Assembly: GCA_949358305.1 (NCBI GenBank)
Contig: OX442314.1
Coordinates: 13,206,001-13,270,000 of the forward strand
Source of the DNA: Strigamia acuminata
Lineage: Eukaryota
DNA length: 64,000 bases
Direction of reading: 5' to 3'
This document shows, one piece after another, positions 40,601 through 52,600 of this stretch. A program made the translations under genes and the position numbers. Position 1 is the first letter of the stretch, and every line of letters starts with the position of its first letter. The notes under the pieces were generated by a model, which did not search any database, had not been told where the DNA came from, and was given only the letters and a program-made list of their open reading frames with translations.

Positions 40601-41441
40601 AGAGAAAAGAAGAGTTTTAGTTTTGAAAAAAGCAAGTGGATGGGGATTCCCAATGGGGATGCATTTGCCCGTCTTTATATTATCTTTTAGTTGGTAGACG
40701 TGCGGTTGACCTGTTCTTAATCAGAAGGCCAAATGAGTCAACATAATGTGCCAGCCCGCAATTCTCTCGAGGGTGTTAGTTCGGTCAGGGATGGGTGACG
40801 CGCGCCAGATGTTTTAACGCTTGGCCTCGTCGGCTAAGTGCCGTCGTAGCTGTTCATCCATCATTTCCAGCAGTCGAGGAACTCCATGACCGGCTTTATG
40901 AACCCATAAAACTGACCAGTGACCACCAAGAGGCCTTTTTTGATATATTTATTTATATTATATATTTTTTTTTTTGGTCTATGACTTCATGGATGCTAGT
41001 TTTCAGTTGGGTTTGAGCCAGGTGTGCAATTGGAATATGAAAGTTAAGTCAACGATGTGTTTTCGGTTAAAGGAGAAGTGTCGGATGAAATAATGTGAGT
41101 AGCGGCGCCATGGTGCAAGGGCTTGCGGCACTCTTGACCTAGGTCGAAATAATTTGGTTTGTGTTGGTCCTTGGACAAGCCGTGCTCTACGGCCCAGGGC
41201 TCGAATTTCTGAGGAGCCACAAAATGTCAAAACTTTTTATATATTAAATTAGCCCGTACCGTACTTCACTGATTAGATTAATGTTATGAATTTTTCAAGA
41301 TGAAATGAAAAATGAATAATTTGATTAAAAGAATAAAACCTACGGGTTATTTTACCACCAAAGCATAAATATTATGTATGAAAAAGAAAGAAGTGGAGTT
41401 TTAATGGGGTTTACGGGCTTTAGATTGCACTAATCCGCTAC

Positions 41442-41776
41442 CAGGGCCGGATCTAGCTTTTTCGGGGCCCTGGGCTTGAGATTTTTCGGGGCCCCTTTAT
41501 CAAAATGTAAAATAGATTCAATGACGTGAATACAGCAGTTTTCGTTCCGGAATCCACCAAATGACATCAAAGATGACGTAAAAAATGTCAAGAAGACGCC
41601 AAAGAATGTCAAATGACACAGAAAACGATATTATTTTTACACTTACACGTTTTATTGCTTCTTAAAACATAACATAACATACCTTGTATAGAACATTGCG
41701 TTGTGTCTTGGGGGCCCCCTAGAATTAGGGGGCCCTGGGCTCAAGCCCTATTTGGCTTGATGTAGATCCGCCCCTG
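41442..41776. mobile_element. Non-autonomous hAT element (335 bp)
   Basis: TIR CAGGGCCGGATCTA / TAGATCCGCCCCTG (13/14). 8-bp TSD TCCGCTAC (41434-41441) / TCCGCTAT (41777-41784). GGGGCCCTGGGCT subterminal repeats. Confidence 0.85.
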
Positions 41777-41783
41777 TCCGCTA

Positions 41784-42140
41784 TCGTCTTTACCCGAAAA
41801 TAAGACCATGGTGTTGTGTTTGATATTCAGCCAATACCATGTAAGTTTGTCGAAAAAGTAAAATTGTTATTTACTCTATTAATTTGTATTCGTTACGCTG
41901 ATTAAAAAAATAAAAACATGTATAAATTAACAAAAACAACGATATACCATACTGTAAGTTTTAAATATTTTTATTCAAATCTGAATATAACACCATGGTG
42001 TTGTATTTGAAAACAATAAAAATCCGAATATAACACCATGGCGTTATACCTGAAGCGGTGTTATATTCGAATTTTTGCTCAAAATTGCCATTTCTAGCAG
42101 AACTCGAATACAACACCATGGTGTATTTGAGTGAAGACGG
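41784..42140. mobile_element. Tc1/mariner (pogo-like) MITE with palindromic AACACCATGGTGTT repeats
   Basis: TA|TCGTCTTTACCCGAAAATAAGACCATGGTG ... CACCATGGTGTATTTGAGTGAAGACGG|TA. Four copies of the ACCATGG-centred palindrome. Confidence 0.75.
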
Positions 42141-43845
42141 TAGTTTGATATAAATGCGCTACTGGATGGTTTGAAAATGATATACATTTTGGAATGTATT
42201 GTAGAATATATTTTAGAAGCGTATGGGTCTGTTTTTGTCAGTGGCAAAATATGAAAAAAGAGTACATTTTTGGCCATTTTGATTGTGCAATCTAATATTT
42301 TTTTTAATGTAAGCTTGTTTATTAAGCAAATTGCGACGTGGGGCATTTTTGGAATTTTTCCTCGCGACATGTAATGCGATCAAAGTTGGAAAAGAGGAGG
42401 GAATTTATTCTTATTTCTTTTCATTTGACATATTTGGAAATTGATCACGTTGGAAGATGAGAATCAGTCTTGGCAATCTAATTCTCTGGTGAGTCTAGCA
42501 TTGCGAGCAACTACCTAGGAAGTTCCGTCACGGGTCGTGAAGAATAAGTGCCACGCATTCTTCTCCTCTCGAAGGACCGAGTGCTGTTCGTCAGGTGGAG
42601 AGAGAGAAATGAGCAGAGCCTCAAGCACTAAATAAAAGAAGCGTCGCTCCCAATTGGAAATTTCAAAAAATATTGCGTGTTCAGTGAATGATGAGTCGAG
42701 ACACAACCATTTTGTCATTTACAGTTTTCTGTCACTTCCGATTCGCTTGTTTCGCATCGCATTAATTGATGCCAATCTGAATGATTCCATCGACAACGTT
42801 TCATTTTTCATCATTAGCGCAGCTCAATGCGCTCGACAAGTGCACGGAAACAGCATGCGCCTCATTCCAACTAGTAATGGACGTTTCAAAAATTTGCCAT
42901 TTCATTTTTATGAAATTTTTTCCCTCCATTCGCCTCCTGTGTGCCAAGTAATTCTCTTACACTCCTTTTCATCGTTAGCCTACGCCCCAAAAATCCTTCT
43001 TATTTCTCTTTTTCCTCTATCTGCCAACGTCGAGTCATTCATTTATTATGGCTTTTTTTCCGGGCTTGGCAATCGGGAGTGCCGGGTGGAGGCAAATTGT
43101 AAATTTTAAGGAATCGTAAAATGCAACTGGAATGTTGTTCAACTTGCCTTTTTTCTGCTCTTCTCTGGATGCGAGTATGCGACCATTTCTTTGGTGGGCG
43201 ACGCCAAGGGGACGCCATCATGACGGTTTTGAGTATCATTTTATTCCGTCCGTTAAGTTGAGTTGATATTGTAATTTTTTATTGTTGGGTAAACTCGGCC
43301 TTTTCGATTGACAGACCCATTATACCTGCGATAAATTATTCTTTGGGCTTGAGATGTCGGCTTTGGTGCCATGCAGACCTCTCGATCTCGTGCCCGTATG
43401 TCACATGCAACGTAATCGTAAATCTTTAGCGTGTCAGAGCCCGTTTTGGCAATGCTCAGATTGCTTTATCTTGCATTTTGTTGGTTGGGAGTTATTTATA
43501 CACTTGTGATAAAGGGATGTTGGTTTTAAATTCGACTTGGAAATTAGTGTTATGCAGTGTTTGGATGTTTTGTGAATGTTTTAACTGGAAATTTATAGGG
43601 AAATGATGCCATTGAGAATAGAAATGATTGGTTTTGGTTTTCTTTGTTCGTGTTGTGTTGGAAAAATGCTAGATGGAATATTAAGTTAGTAAATTTCGAG
43701 GTGCACTTTTCACTCATTATTCGCTCAATGTTGGCCTCAAAATCTCAAATAGGTTAAATATTGACCCAATATTGTTTTTAATATCGGATTAATATTAAAG
43801 TGTAAAGGTGTCTTCATTTGGCCAATGGAGAGACAGTGTAGGTTA

Positions 43846-44077
43846 CCCTTATGGTTCAAAAATTCATTGAAATTATATTACAACATTTTGAAATACACTG
43901 GGTTTCATGAGAATTAATTTTTGCGTGCTATTGGTTTCCCAATGTTATTTCATGACAAAAATGAATGTATTTTAAATTTATTATGAGATGCATTATTTAA
44001 TGTATTTTAATATATTTTAATGTATTTTAAAAATGCGCTAATTGAAAAGCAATATATTGTATTTTGAACCATTTGGG
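43846..44077. mobile_element. MITE of a CCC...GGG-terminated family (related copies near 34190-34318, 35403-35540, 42175-42228, 45856-46080, 59429-59615)
   Basis: CCCTTATGGTTCAAAAAT ... ATTTTGAACCATTTGGG inverted ends. The internal motif GGGTTTCATGAGAA...TTTTTGCGTGCTATTGGTTT is shared with the other copies. Confidence 0.7.
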
Positions 44078-44284
44078 CACAATCAATCAATCAAATCAAT
44101 CAATCACTCAGCGTCAAGTGCAAGCGTCCAATTTTGTTTAATTTTGTCAGAAATTGATTAAACTGGCCGAAATATAAGCAATATATTTTGGGTTTATTAT
44201 AAAAATTGCAAAAACTTGAGATTTAAGTAGAATTTGATTGACCCCGCACTAAAATTGATATTTTTCTTCTTATTGTGTTTGCAG

Positions 44285-44595
44285 AGAAGGCGCCATCCGA
44301 AGCAACGTTTCGGGGCAATGATTTTTTATCAGTGGATTTGGCCAAAGTGGGCAGCGAGCCAATCGTCAGTTCGGGCGACGAGGTGTCTCTCTTTTTCAAG
44401 ACCCGCCAACCCAACGGCCTTCTCTTCTACTCGGGTGACGGCGAAGACTTTCTCAACCTTGCCCTCAAAGATGGAGGCGTCGTGCTCACCATCAATTTGG
44501 GCTCTGGCGCCCTGGAGAAGCAGGTGAAGCCTTCGCGCGTGCGATTCGATGACAACCAGTGGCACAAGGTCATCGTCCACCGCAAAGTGCTCGAG
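44285..44595 (+). CDS. Nrx-1: alpha-neurexin exon: first part of LNS2 (laminin G) domain
   Basis: Acceptor tgtttgcag|AG (phase 1) and donor GAG|gtacgt (phase 0). Peptide EKAPSEATFRGNDFLSVDL...FFKTRQPNGLLFYSGDGEDFLNLALKDGGV...RFDDNQWHKVIVHRKVLE is typical neurexin LNS2. Confidence 0.95.
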
Positions 44596-47500
44596 GTACG
44601 TATCGATTCGGGCATTTAAAATCTTTTGGCATCCAATTGGGACATCTCTATATGAGGATTCCGCACTATGTGAGCAAATAAAAACGCGAGCAGAACGCTT
44701 TGCAATATGCTTTTATTCGTGCTCAAAGGTTAATATACGGGCGTCTTGTTTTCGAAAGCCACTTCATCGATCACTTAAAATACTTTAAACGCGATTTGAA
44801 AGTAAAAGTGACACGGAGATGGAAATTTATATCCAATTGTTATTGGAAATTCTCTCGTCGCTTCACTAGTTATCAATAGAAATTTCCTTGATGGCTCTGG
44901 CCCAGCCGAGTCGAGTGTTAATCTCGTTCGACAATCGACAAGTTGACAAATGGCACGTGTTGTTGTCATGGATCAATTTCCCTGTCCAGTGTCCACTATT
45001 GTTTATTCTGCGACTTTAAATGGGCGAATTAAAAATGCACGGTTATGAGAAATGCTTTTAATTTGCAGTGCAAATAGCGAATGCTTGGACAGGTTGTTAG
45101 AATGAATTTGTGGGTTTAGAAGTGGAATGAGATTCTGGAGATGCACATGATGCGATAACTCGGGTTAAACTCATCTAAACTCTTCTAAGCTAACTTGCTT
45201 AGATAAAGTGCTAATTGATGTTAGGGTGATAAGATAGTGTGGAAATAGGTTTATCGTAGTGTTACGTGGTAAGTTATTGTTTGTGTAATTTAATATTTTG
45301 ACATTTGCTTCATTATGCTTCATTATGAGAGTTTTGTAAATCATTTTATATGTACGTTTGTGGAAGTTTTATCTCTCATTTGCAACAGGTATTATTATGT
45401 TTTTTGTTTTATTTTTAAACTTTTATGCCAATTGCAATAATCATTATCACTAATAACAAAGTATCACTATTTTTTCTGCTATTTTTAATATAGTATTCGC
45501 TTGAATTTCATTTTGCTGGGCTAAATTATGAAGCTGCAATGTTAAAATTGCATGGTATAGGCCTACTGAATACTGGACAGATGGAGGTCATTACTATTTA
45601 TGTTGCCAGAACATTCCAATTCAAAACCGAATATCAAATAAATGCACAACAAGAAATATAACTAAAAAAGAAATTGAATAATGCATAAACCCGAAGCTTA
45701 TTTCGTGTAGGAAAAAATTGTTGACGTCTGTTATTTTAGTGATGTAGTAAGCGAAGTAAGTGTTTACTTCTGGTGTAATGATAGGTTCACACGATGTTTG
45801 CACCAGCAGTTTAGTAAGGAAGTAACAAGTAATAGTTAAAGTAAGAAAGTGACCAACCACTTGGTTCAAAAATACATTGAAATTATATTGCAATGTATTT
45901 TGAAATGCATTGGGTTTCACGAGAACACATTTTGTAATGCATTTTGGTGCGCTATTGGTTTGCAAATGATAATATATTTTGTAAAATATATATTGTGAAA
46001 TGCATTCCCAATATTATTATTTGTCAAATATAAATGCATTTTCAAATGAATTTTTTAAATTATGAAATGCATTATTTAACGTACAAAACACACGTTTATA
46101 GGTACTACTTATTTGATTCTGAACTGTTTTTATTTTTGTTCTTTTTGGATAAAATCTTTGTTCAATTCAATAATATATTTCTCTATTTTGGTTTTGAATC
46201 TAACATGGAGACCGCAGGAGTGTATAATCTACAATTGTTTAAATTTTTAAAAAAATAAAGTATTGTTATTATCTAAACAGTCAATACTTTCTTTATTTAA
46301 AAGCACCTCTCTCTCACATTGTTACAAACAGTTACAACACACAGAATTCTTTACTGTGTGTTGTAGCACTATTTTTTTTATTTTTTGAGTAAAAAGGCTA
46401 ATTTTATCATTACACTTGGTGAATAGACTGCTGGACATGTGACATGTGACGTCATGAAAGGTGAAATATGAGTAGTTATGATGTCACATGTCACATGTTC
46501 AGCAGCCAATGACTTCAGAAAAAGGTGTGTAGCAAATCCAGCTAAATGTGACGGTGAAATTTCATTTTTTTGGATTTAACGTCATAAGATTGGATTTTTT
46601 CGACCGTTGCAGGAAATTTAGACAATAATGATTACTTTTTGTCTTTATTGAGTCCAGTATTGGCTAGACACGAGCACTTTATCGCGTCGAATTCCCTTTA
46701 TTGAAGACACACGAAGTCATTGACATGTCAGAACCTTTTATCAATATAAATCATACAGTCGAGGCTTCATTGGATTTGTTTTTGTTCCTGAGGATAACTG
46801 AATGAATGACCAATAGAAATCGCTTTGTGGAAAATCTCATAAATTACCAACGCATTTCAAGCATGTATATTTTAAGGACACTTTAAAACTTTTAGTTACT
46901 CAATCTTTTTTTTTGGCAGAAATGGATTTTCTTATCACTTTTACACTGTTTATCAGCGCTGTCACTTGCTCTAAACCCATCAGGTGGTATTGGAGTGGAA
47001 AAATCTTTTATTGAAAAAGAGAAAGAAAAGAAAAATCCGTTTAATTGAAAACGTTGAAAGGTTGTCAACACTCATGCCAGTTCTTGCCCTACGTTGCTGG
47101 CAGTCTGACGAATCAATTAATTTGTACTACTTGGTGTGTGATTGATAAAAACTCCGACTACAATCCGTGTCATGTGCGCACAAATCTCCGCATATTTTAT
47201 TTGAAACTGATTAATCTCATTTGATTAATGGAAATTGATTTATTTGAAGGGTTATTTAAAAAAGACATCCAAGCTATGTGCTAATTTCTCATCAGTGCAT
47301 CAAATGTTTTAAATTATGATAAATACAAGCACTTGTTTAATGTGCGTTGTTTGTAATTCTCATTAATTTTTCAACTGGTTCCCAGCCATTTAGTGGGTGG
47401 CCTCAAGTAAAATGGTGAATAACTCAAGACAAAGTCAAATAGACAAAGCACTTAATTTTCGTTGAGTGTTTACAAACAGAATAGCGTCATTATTTTTTTT

Positions 47501-47655
47501 TATATAATAAAATAGCCATTTTAAATTATTGAATTACTAAATCAACTTTGTTCAAATTAAAACCAAATGTCAGTTACTGTACTAGTACTAGTTTATCAAG
47601 TGATGTCATGGTGAAATTGAAATTTTCTTAAATATGTTTTTTCTTTCTTTTACAG

Positions 47656-47682
47656 ATTTCCACATCCAACAGCTTTTGTCAT
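47656..47682 (+). CDS. Nrx-1: alpha-neurexin 27-nt micro-exon (ISTSNSFCH) at the splice-site-2 position of LNS2
   Basis: Long pyrimidine tract ttttttctttcttttacag|ATTTCCACATCCAACAGCTTTTGTCAT|gtaagt (perfect donor), phase 0/0. The peptide resembles the insert I recall from Drosophila Nrx-1 at this position (ISSITSFCR). Confidence 0.88.
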
Positions 47683-49278
47683 GTAAGTAAAAAAAAAAAA
47701 CAATTAAAAAAGATTATGCAATTTTCTTGTAGTTTAGCTTTCTGTTCCTATTTTGTTTCTCATTTTTCAACATTTGTGTCTAGCATCTGTATCTTTAATT
47801 TTCCTAAGAGCTGGGTTTGCCCAATTAAAAAAATACATATAAAGCAAAAGGGAAAAAAAAAGCTTTGAGCTGATTTACATATAAATCTCATTTTGTGGGC
47901 GTACTTAGTAGGGTTTTTTCATTCTATGATGGCTTTAGGTGGAGTGGAGTTGTTGAATTTTTTTTCCCATACAAAAAAGAGAAAACAAAGAAATAGTTCA
48001 TGCAGATGGAAATAATAAATTAGGCTGCTTTTTAAGGCTGAATCAGAAAACTATAGTTATTATTTTATGACCATTTTTGCGAAAATTATAACATTTTATT
48101 CAGTTTTATTATTAGTTTTCTTACAAAAGCTGCAAATGAAATTTCGTTTTATACAACACAAAGGTTTCAAATAGACAATCATCCCAAAAACAGTAAAACT
48201 GGACTGGGAAGCCGAGTAAAAGCGAACCTTAAAAAGCATTGAGATCATGCCGACGACCAAGTAAATAAGAACCAAACAAAAAAAACTCACCTTTCTTGCT
48301 CCTATTTTCTTCTTCTTTAATATATGTGTTGCTGTTAGTTTTTTTTTTGTTTCGCCTATTGTTGTCGTCTGTGATGTGTTTCTCCTTTTTATGTGCGCGC
48401 GATTTATGGTTGTTTATTTATTTTTTACGTGTTTTTATATAGGATAGTTTCGGCTTTGACCTCGCGCAGTAGTTAAATATGAGTTTATCGTTTAATTCGA
48501 TGTTTCATTATTATTTTGTTGTGATTTGTTTTGTTTGTTTACGAAAATATAATTTTGTTGTTGGTTTTGGATGATTATTTTTCCGCACGCTTCGAATTTT
48601 CTCACTTGCTGTAAATTTCTTTATTAAGTCTACACTTTAATGTTTTAATAATTCCAACGTATAGTATCTTTAATTTGTCCCTTCTGACTTGTAATTTTGT
48701 ATTGACTTTTACGGTTTGGCTTGTAAAATGAGAAAACTATTTAAGTATGGTGCTAATATGACAGAAAACATGAAATTAATTGGTTTAAAACTGCGCTCTT
48801 GAATTTAATATCAAATTACAGCATTGCAAATAGATATAGGTTTTTTTTTTCTGACCTGAAATGTTTTTATAATTTGCTTATAATTACTAATCACTGTTGT
48901 GTGTGGCGTCATGGCATAGCTTCAATGTTTTAATGGATGTTGATAATTGTGCTTGCAAAGTTGAAAATGGTTTATTTGCGTGTTTAGTGTGTGGGAATGA
49001 AAACACGAGTTATTATTGGTTGTTATTCATGTAGAGAGGTGGTTTTTAAATTTATTCGTAATGTGATGACATTCGTAGGGTGTTAATGGTTGCAGATATC
49101 TGATTTTTTTTAATGATTGGGCTGAGATGAGAGTTATGCAGTTATTTTGAGTTAGGAGCTGCATGATGCTCTTTAATTTCTAATGAGTTCCTTCATTCCC
49201 TAAAGCATTGAATTCACTTTGTGGGTGTACAGAATGGAGAAGATGGGATAAGGATGCACGCAAGAGGAGATGGAAAAA

Positions 49279-49493
49279 TGTAGTTTTTGTTCTAATATGT
49301 TGGAGGCATAAAAATGGAGACGCTTGGCTTTTTGGTGAAATATTAACAGTGATGGTTTTAATCTAAAACAGATGTTTAAAAGTGCGCGGAGCACTAAATA
49401 CAAAACAGGGCACTGATTGGTCAGTGCCAAATACAGGTGCACAGGTGGTAAAGACACCTGGCGGACAGGAATATAACATTCAATAAAACAACA
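49279..49493 (-). repeat. copia 3' LTR
   Basis: Identical by eye to 53838-54052. Preceded on the - strand by the polypurine tract ATTCAGGGGAAG (49494-49505). Confidence 0.97.
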
Positions 49494-49615
49494 CTTCCCC
49501 TGAATGGCAATATTCCTACATTTCAAAATTCAAAACATTTTTCTTAAGCAATTTAGACATTTAAACATTAAAGTATTCATTCACAAACAATTCAAAATAT
49601 TAAAAACAATATTTC

Positions 49616-52600
49616 TTAAACAATTTCCTTCAATCCAAATTGGGCGATCAATTCTTCGTGTTTTGGCTTAAAAAGCCCCTTGGTCAACACATCGGCGACC
49701 ATCTTCTCACTCTCCAGGAATTCTATGTCGATATCTCCCCGCTCACATGTTTCTCGAACAAAATGGTGGCGAATGTCGATGTGCTTGGTTCTGGAATGAA
49801 AAATTGGGTTTCGCACCAATTTGTGTGCCCCCTGATTATCGCTATAAATGAGGGTCGTTTCTTTCTTCTTGTTGATGTATTTAATTTCGTCTAGGAAGTT
49901 TCGCAAGTAGATTGCTTCTTTTGACGCGTCGGCCAACGCCATATATTCTGCTTCGGTCGACGAGGTTGCGACGGTCTTCTGCTTTCTTGCTTCCCAGCAT
50001 ATTGTCGCGTTCGCGAGTTTAAAGCAGTAGCCGGTGTACGAGCGACGGTCGTCCAAGTTTGCTCCCCAATCTGCATCCGTGTAGCCGACTAAGTCTTTTC
50101 CGGTCTTTTCGAATTTTAGCCCGAGATTCGATGAGTGCTTCAAATATCTTAGGACGCGTTTTGCTGCTGTCCAATGAGTTCCGGTGAAGCACGTATTATA
50201 TTGACTTAATGCGCTGACGGTGTAGGAAATATCGGGTCGAGTGCAAACGGCGAGGTACATGAGTGATCCGATTAAACTTTGGTACGGGAACTTCTCTGGA
50301 TCCAGTAGCTCTTCGTCGGTCCCATCCTCCTTTTTCTTGTTTTTCTGCAATTTCTGATTTGCGTCGAGTGGAGTTGTGTTTTTCGAGCAGTCTTGCATTC
50401 CGAAACGATTCAGTATGTCCTTAACGTATTTTTTCTGCGCCATCGTGATTGATTTCGTCTTTTCGTCCTGTTTAAACTCGATTCCCAAGCAGTAGTGAAT
50501 TTGTCCTAAATCCTTCATTTTGAACTCGCTCTTCAGGTTCGATTTTAATTTCTCCAAGTTTCTTTTGCAGTTCGTTGCGATGATAAAATCATCCACGTAG
50601 ATTGCGACGAGCGTGATGACTTCTCCATTCATTTGGTAATACACGCATGGGTCTGCGTTTGTTGGCTTCAGTCCGTGCTTTTGCAACTTCTCGTCCAGTT
50701 TTTTGTACCACTGGCGACCCGACTGCTTCAATCCGTATAACGCCTTTTTCATCCGGCAGACTTTTCCTTTCTTGATTTTTATTCCAGCAATAAATTCCAA
50801 ATATTCGGGGAATTCCATAAAAATTTCCTCTTCGATTTCGCCGTTCAAATATGCCGTTATCGCGTCCATTTGGTGTACGGTCAATCCCAACTCGGCTGCG
50901 ATTGCCATCATCATTCGAATTGATCCCGGTCGTGCGACGGGCGCGTAGGTTTCAAAGTAATCGATGCCTGGCTGCTGTGCATATCCTTTGGCGACCAGTC
51001 TGGCCTTTCTGCGTTCGATTGACCCGTCTGCTTCAAATTTCGTGCGGAGGACCCATCTACATCCGATTACGTTTCTATTTTTTGGTCGGTCGCACTCCTC
51101 CCACGTTTCGTTTTCGATTAAAGCGTCGTACTCTTCCTTCATCGCTTTCATCCATTCTTGTGGGTCGTTTCCATTCAAAGCTTCGGCCGCTGTCGTTGGA
51201 TCGTCGAGAATTGCTATCTGTGCAATTTCGTCCAAAACTTCATTAGTTGTTGTCGGATTCTTTCTGGTGTATTTCTTTCTGGGTGGGTCCCCATTTCGAT
51301 TTGGGTAAGGTTTTGGCGTTCTCGAGGATCGTCGTGGAATTATTTGCGCGTTTTCATTCTGACGAGGTTCGGCTTCTTCGTGTTGCGTCTCTCTCTCGTC
51401 CTCATTATCGGGCTCGTTCTCGCCTGCGCTCTCGACTTCGTCCTCGGAAATTTCGGTTCCATTCTCGATTTGATCTGTTCTGCAATCGGTGAGAATGTCA
51501 TTAAAATTATTGTTATTATCGTTTTCTTCACATTCTTCATTCGTTTCATTTTCCGATTTTTCGACAAATTTCACATCGCGACTTTTTATAATTTTGTTTT
51601 CGCTTTTTGACCACAAGCGATACGCCTTCGATCCGTCCCAATATCCGATGAGAATACATTCTTTTGACTTCGGTTCGAACTTCCCCTTGTTCGGTTTCTT
51701 GTCCAACGCGAAGACTCTGCTTCCAAAAACTCGAAAATAGTCGACATTCGGTTTTCTTCCGGTCCAGACTTGATGCGGGATTTCATTTTCCAAACTTCTA
51801 GTCGGGCATTTATTTCGGATGTGGCATGCAGTGTTGATTGCTTCCGCCCAATATGAGTTAGGCAATTTTGCTTGCAGTAACATGCATCGTGCCATCTCGA
51901 TCAAAGTTCTATTCATTCTTTCCGAGACGCCATTTTGTTCCGGGGTTCGTTCGACGCTGGTTTGGCGCTTTATGCCGTTTTCTTGTAAATATGCGTCGAA
52001 TTTCTTATTTACATATTCCTTCCCGTTGTCCGATCGTAAAACTTTTAGTGCGCAACCAGTTTCCCTCTCGCAAAACGTTTTAAATGACTTGAATGCCTCG
52101 AAAACTTCGCTTTTGTGCTTCAGAAAATACACCTTGCACCACCTCGATTTGTCGTCGGTGAAGGTCACGAAGTATCTTGATCCGTTCATGGACTTTGTTG
52201 GCATTGGTCCGCAAACGTCCGAGTGTACAAGTTCCAGCAGTTTTTCGCTTTTTGACGTGGAGTCAGGAAATTTCGTACTTGCGTGCTTCCCCTCGATGCA
52301 AGTTTCACAAGTTGGCAGCTTGGCGTCCTTTTCCAAATTCATTCCGTCCGCCTTTTCGTTTAGTATTTTCAGACTTGACTCGTTCAGGTGCCCAAGTCTT
52401 TTGTGCCATTCTTGTATTTTCGTACTTGCGGGTTTTGCAGGTTTTGATCCGGTTCCGACTTCGATTTCCGCTGCAGTCGCAGCATCCTCGGTCTCGTCGA
52501 CGATGTAATACAGTCCGTTCCTTTTTTCGGCGGTGAATACGATTTCTCCCTTCGGATTTATCACTTCTGCTGACTTATCATCGAAAATCACCTTGTGTCC

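Noticed and set aside
42654..43109. 151-aa ORF
   Set aside because: Non-ATG start, no motifs, and composition typical of intronic DNA.
46297..46886. Possible Kolobok element (TTAA...CTTTAA)
   Set aside because: The terminal inverted match is poor.
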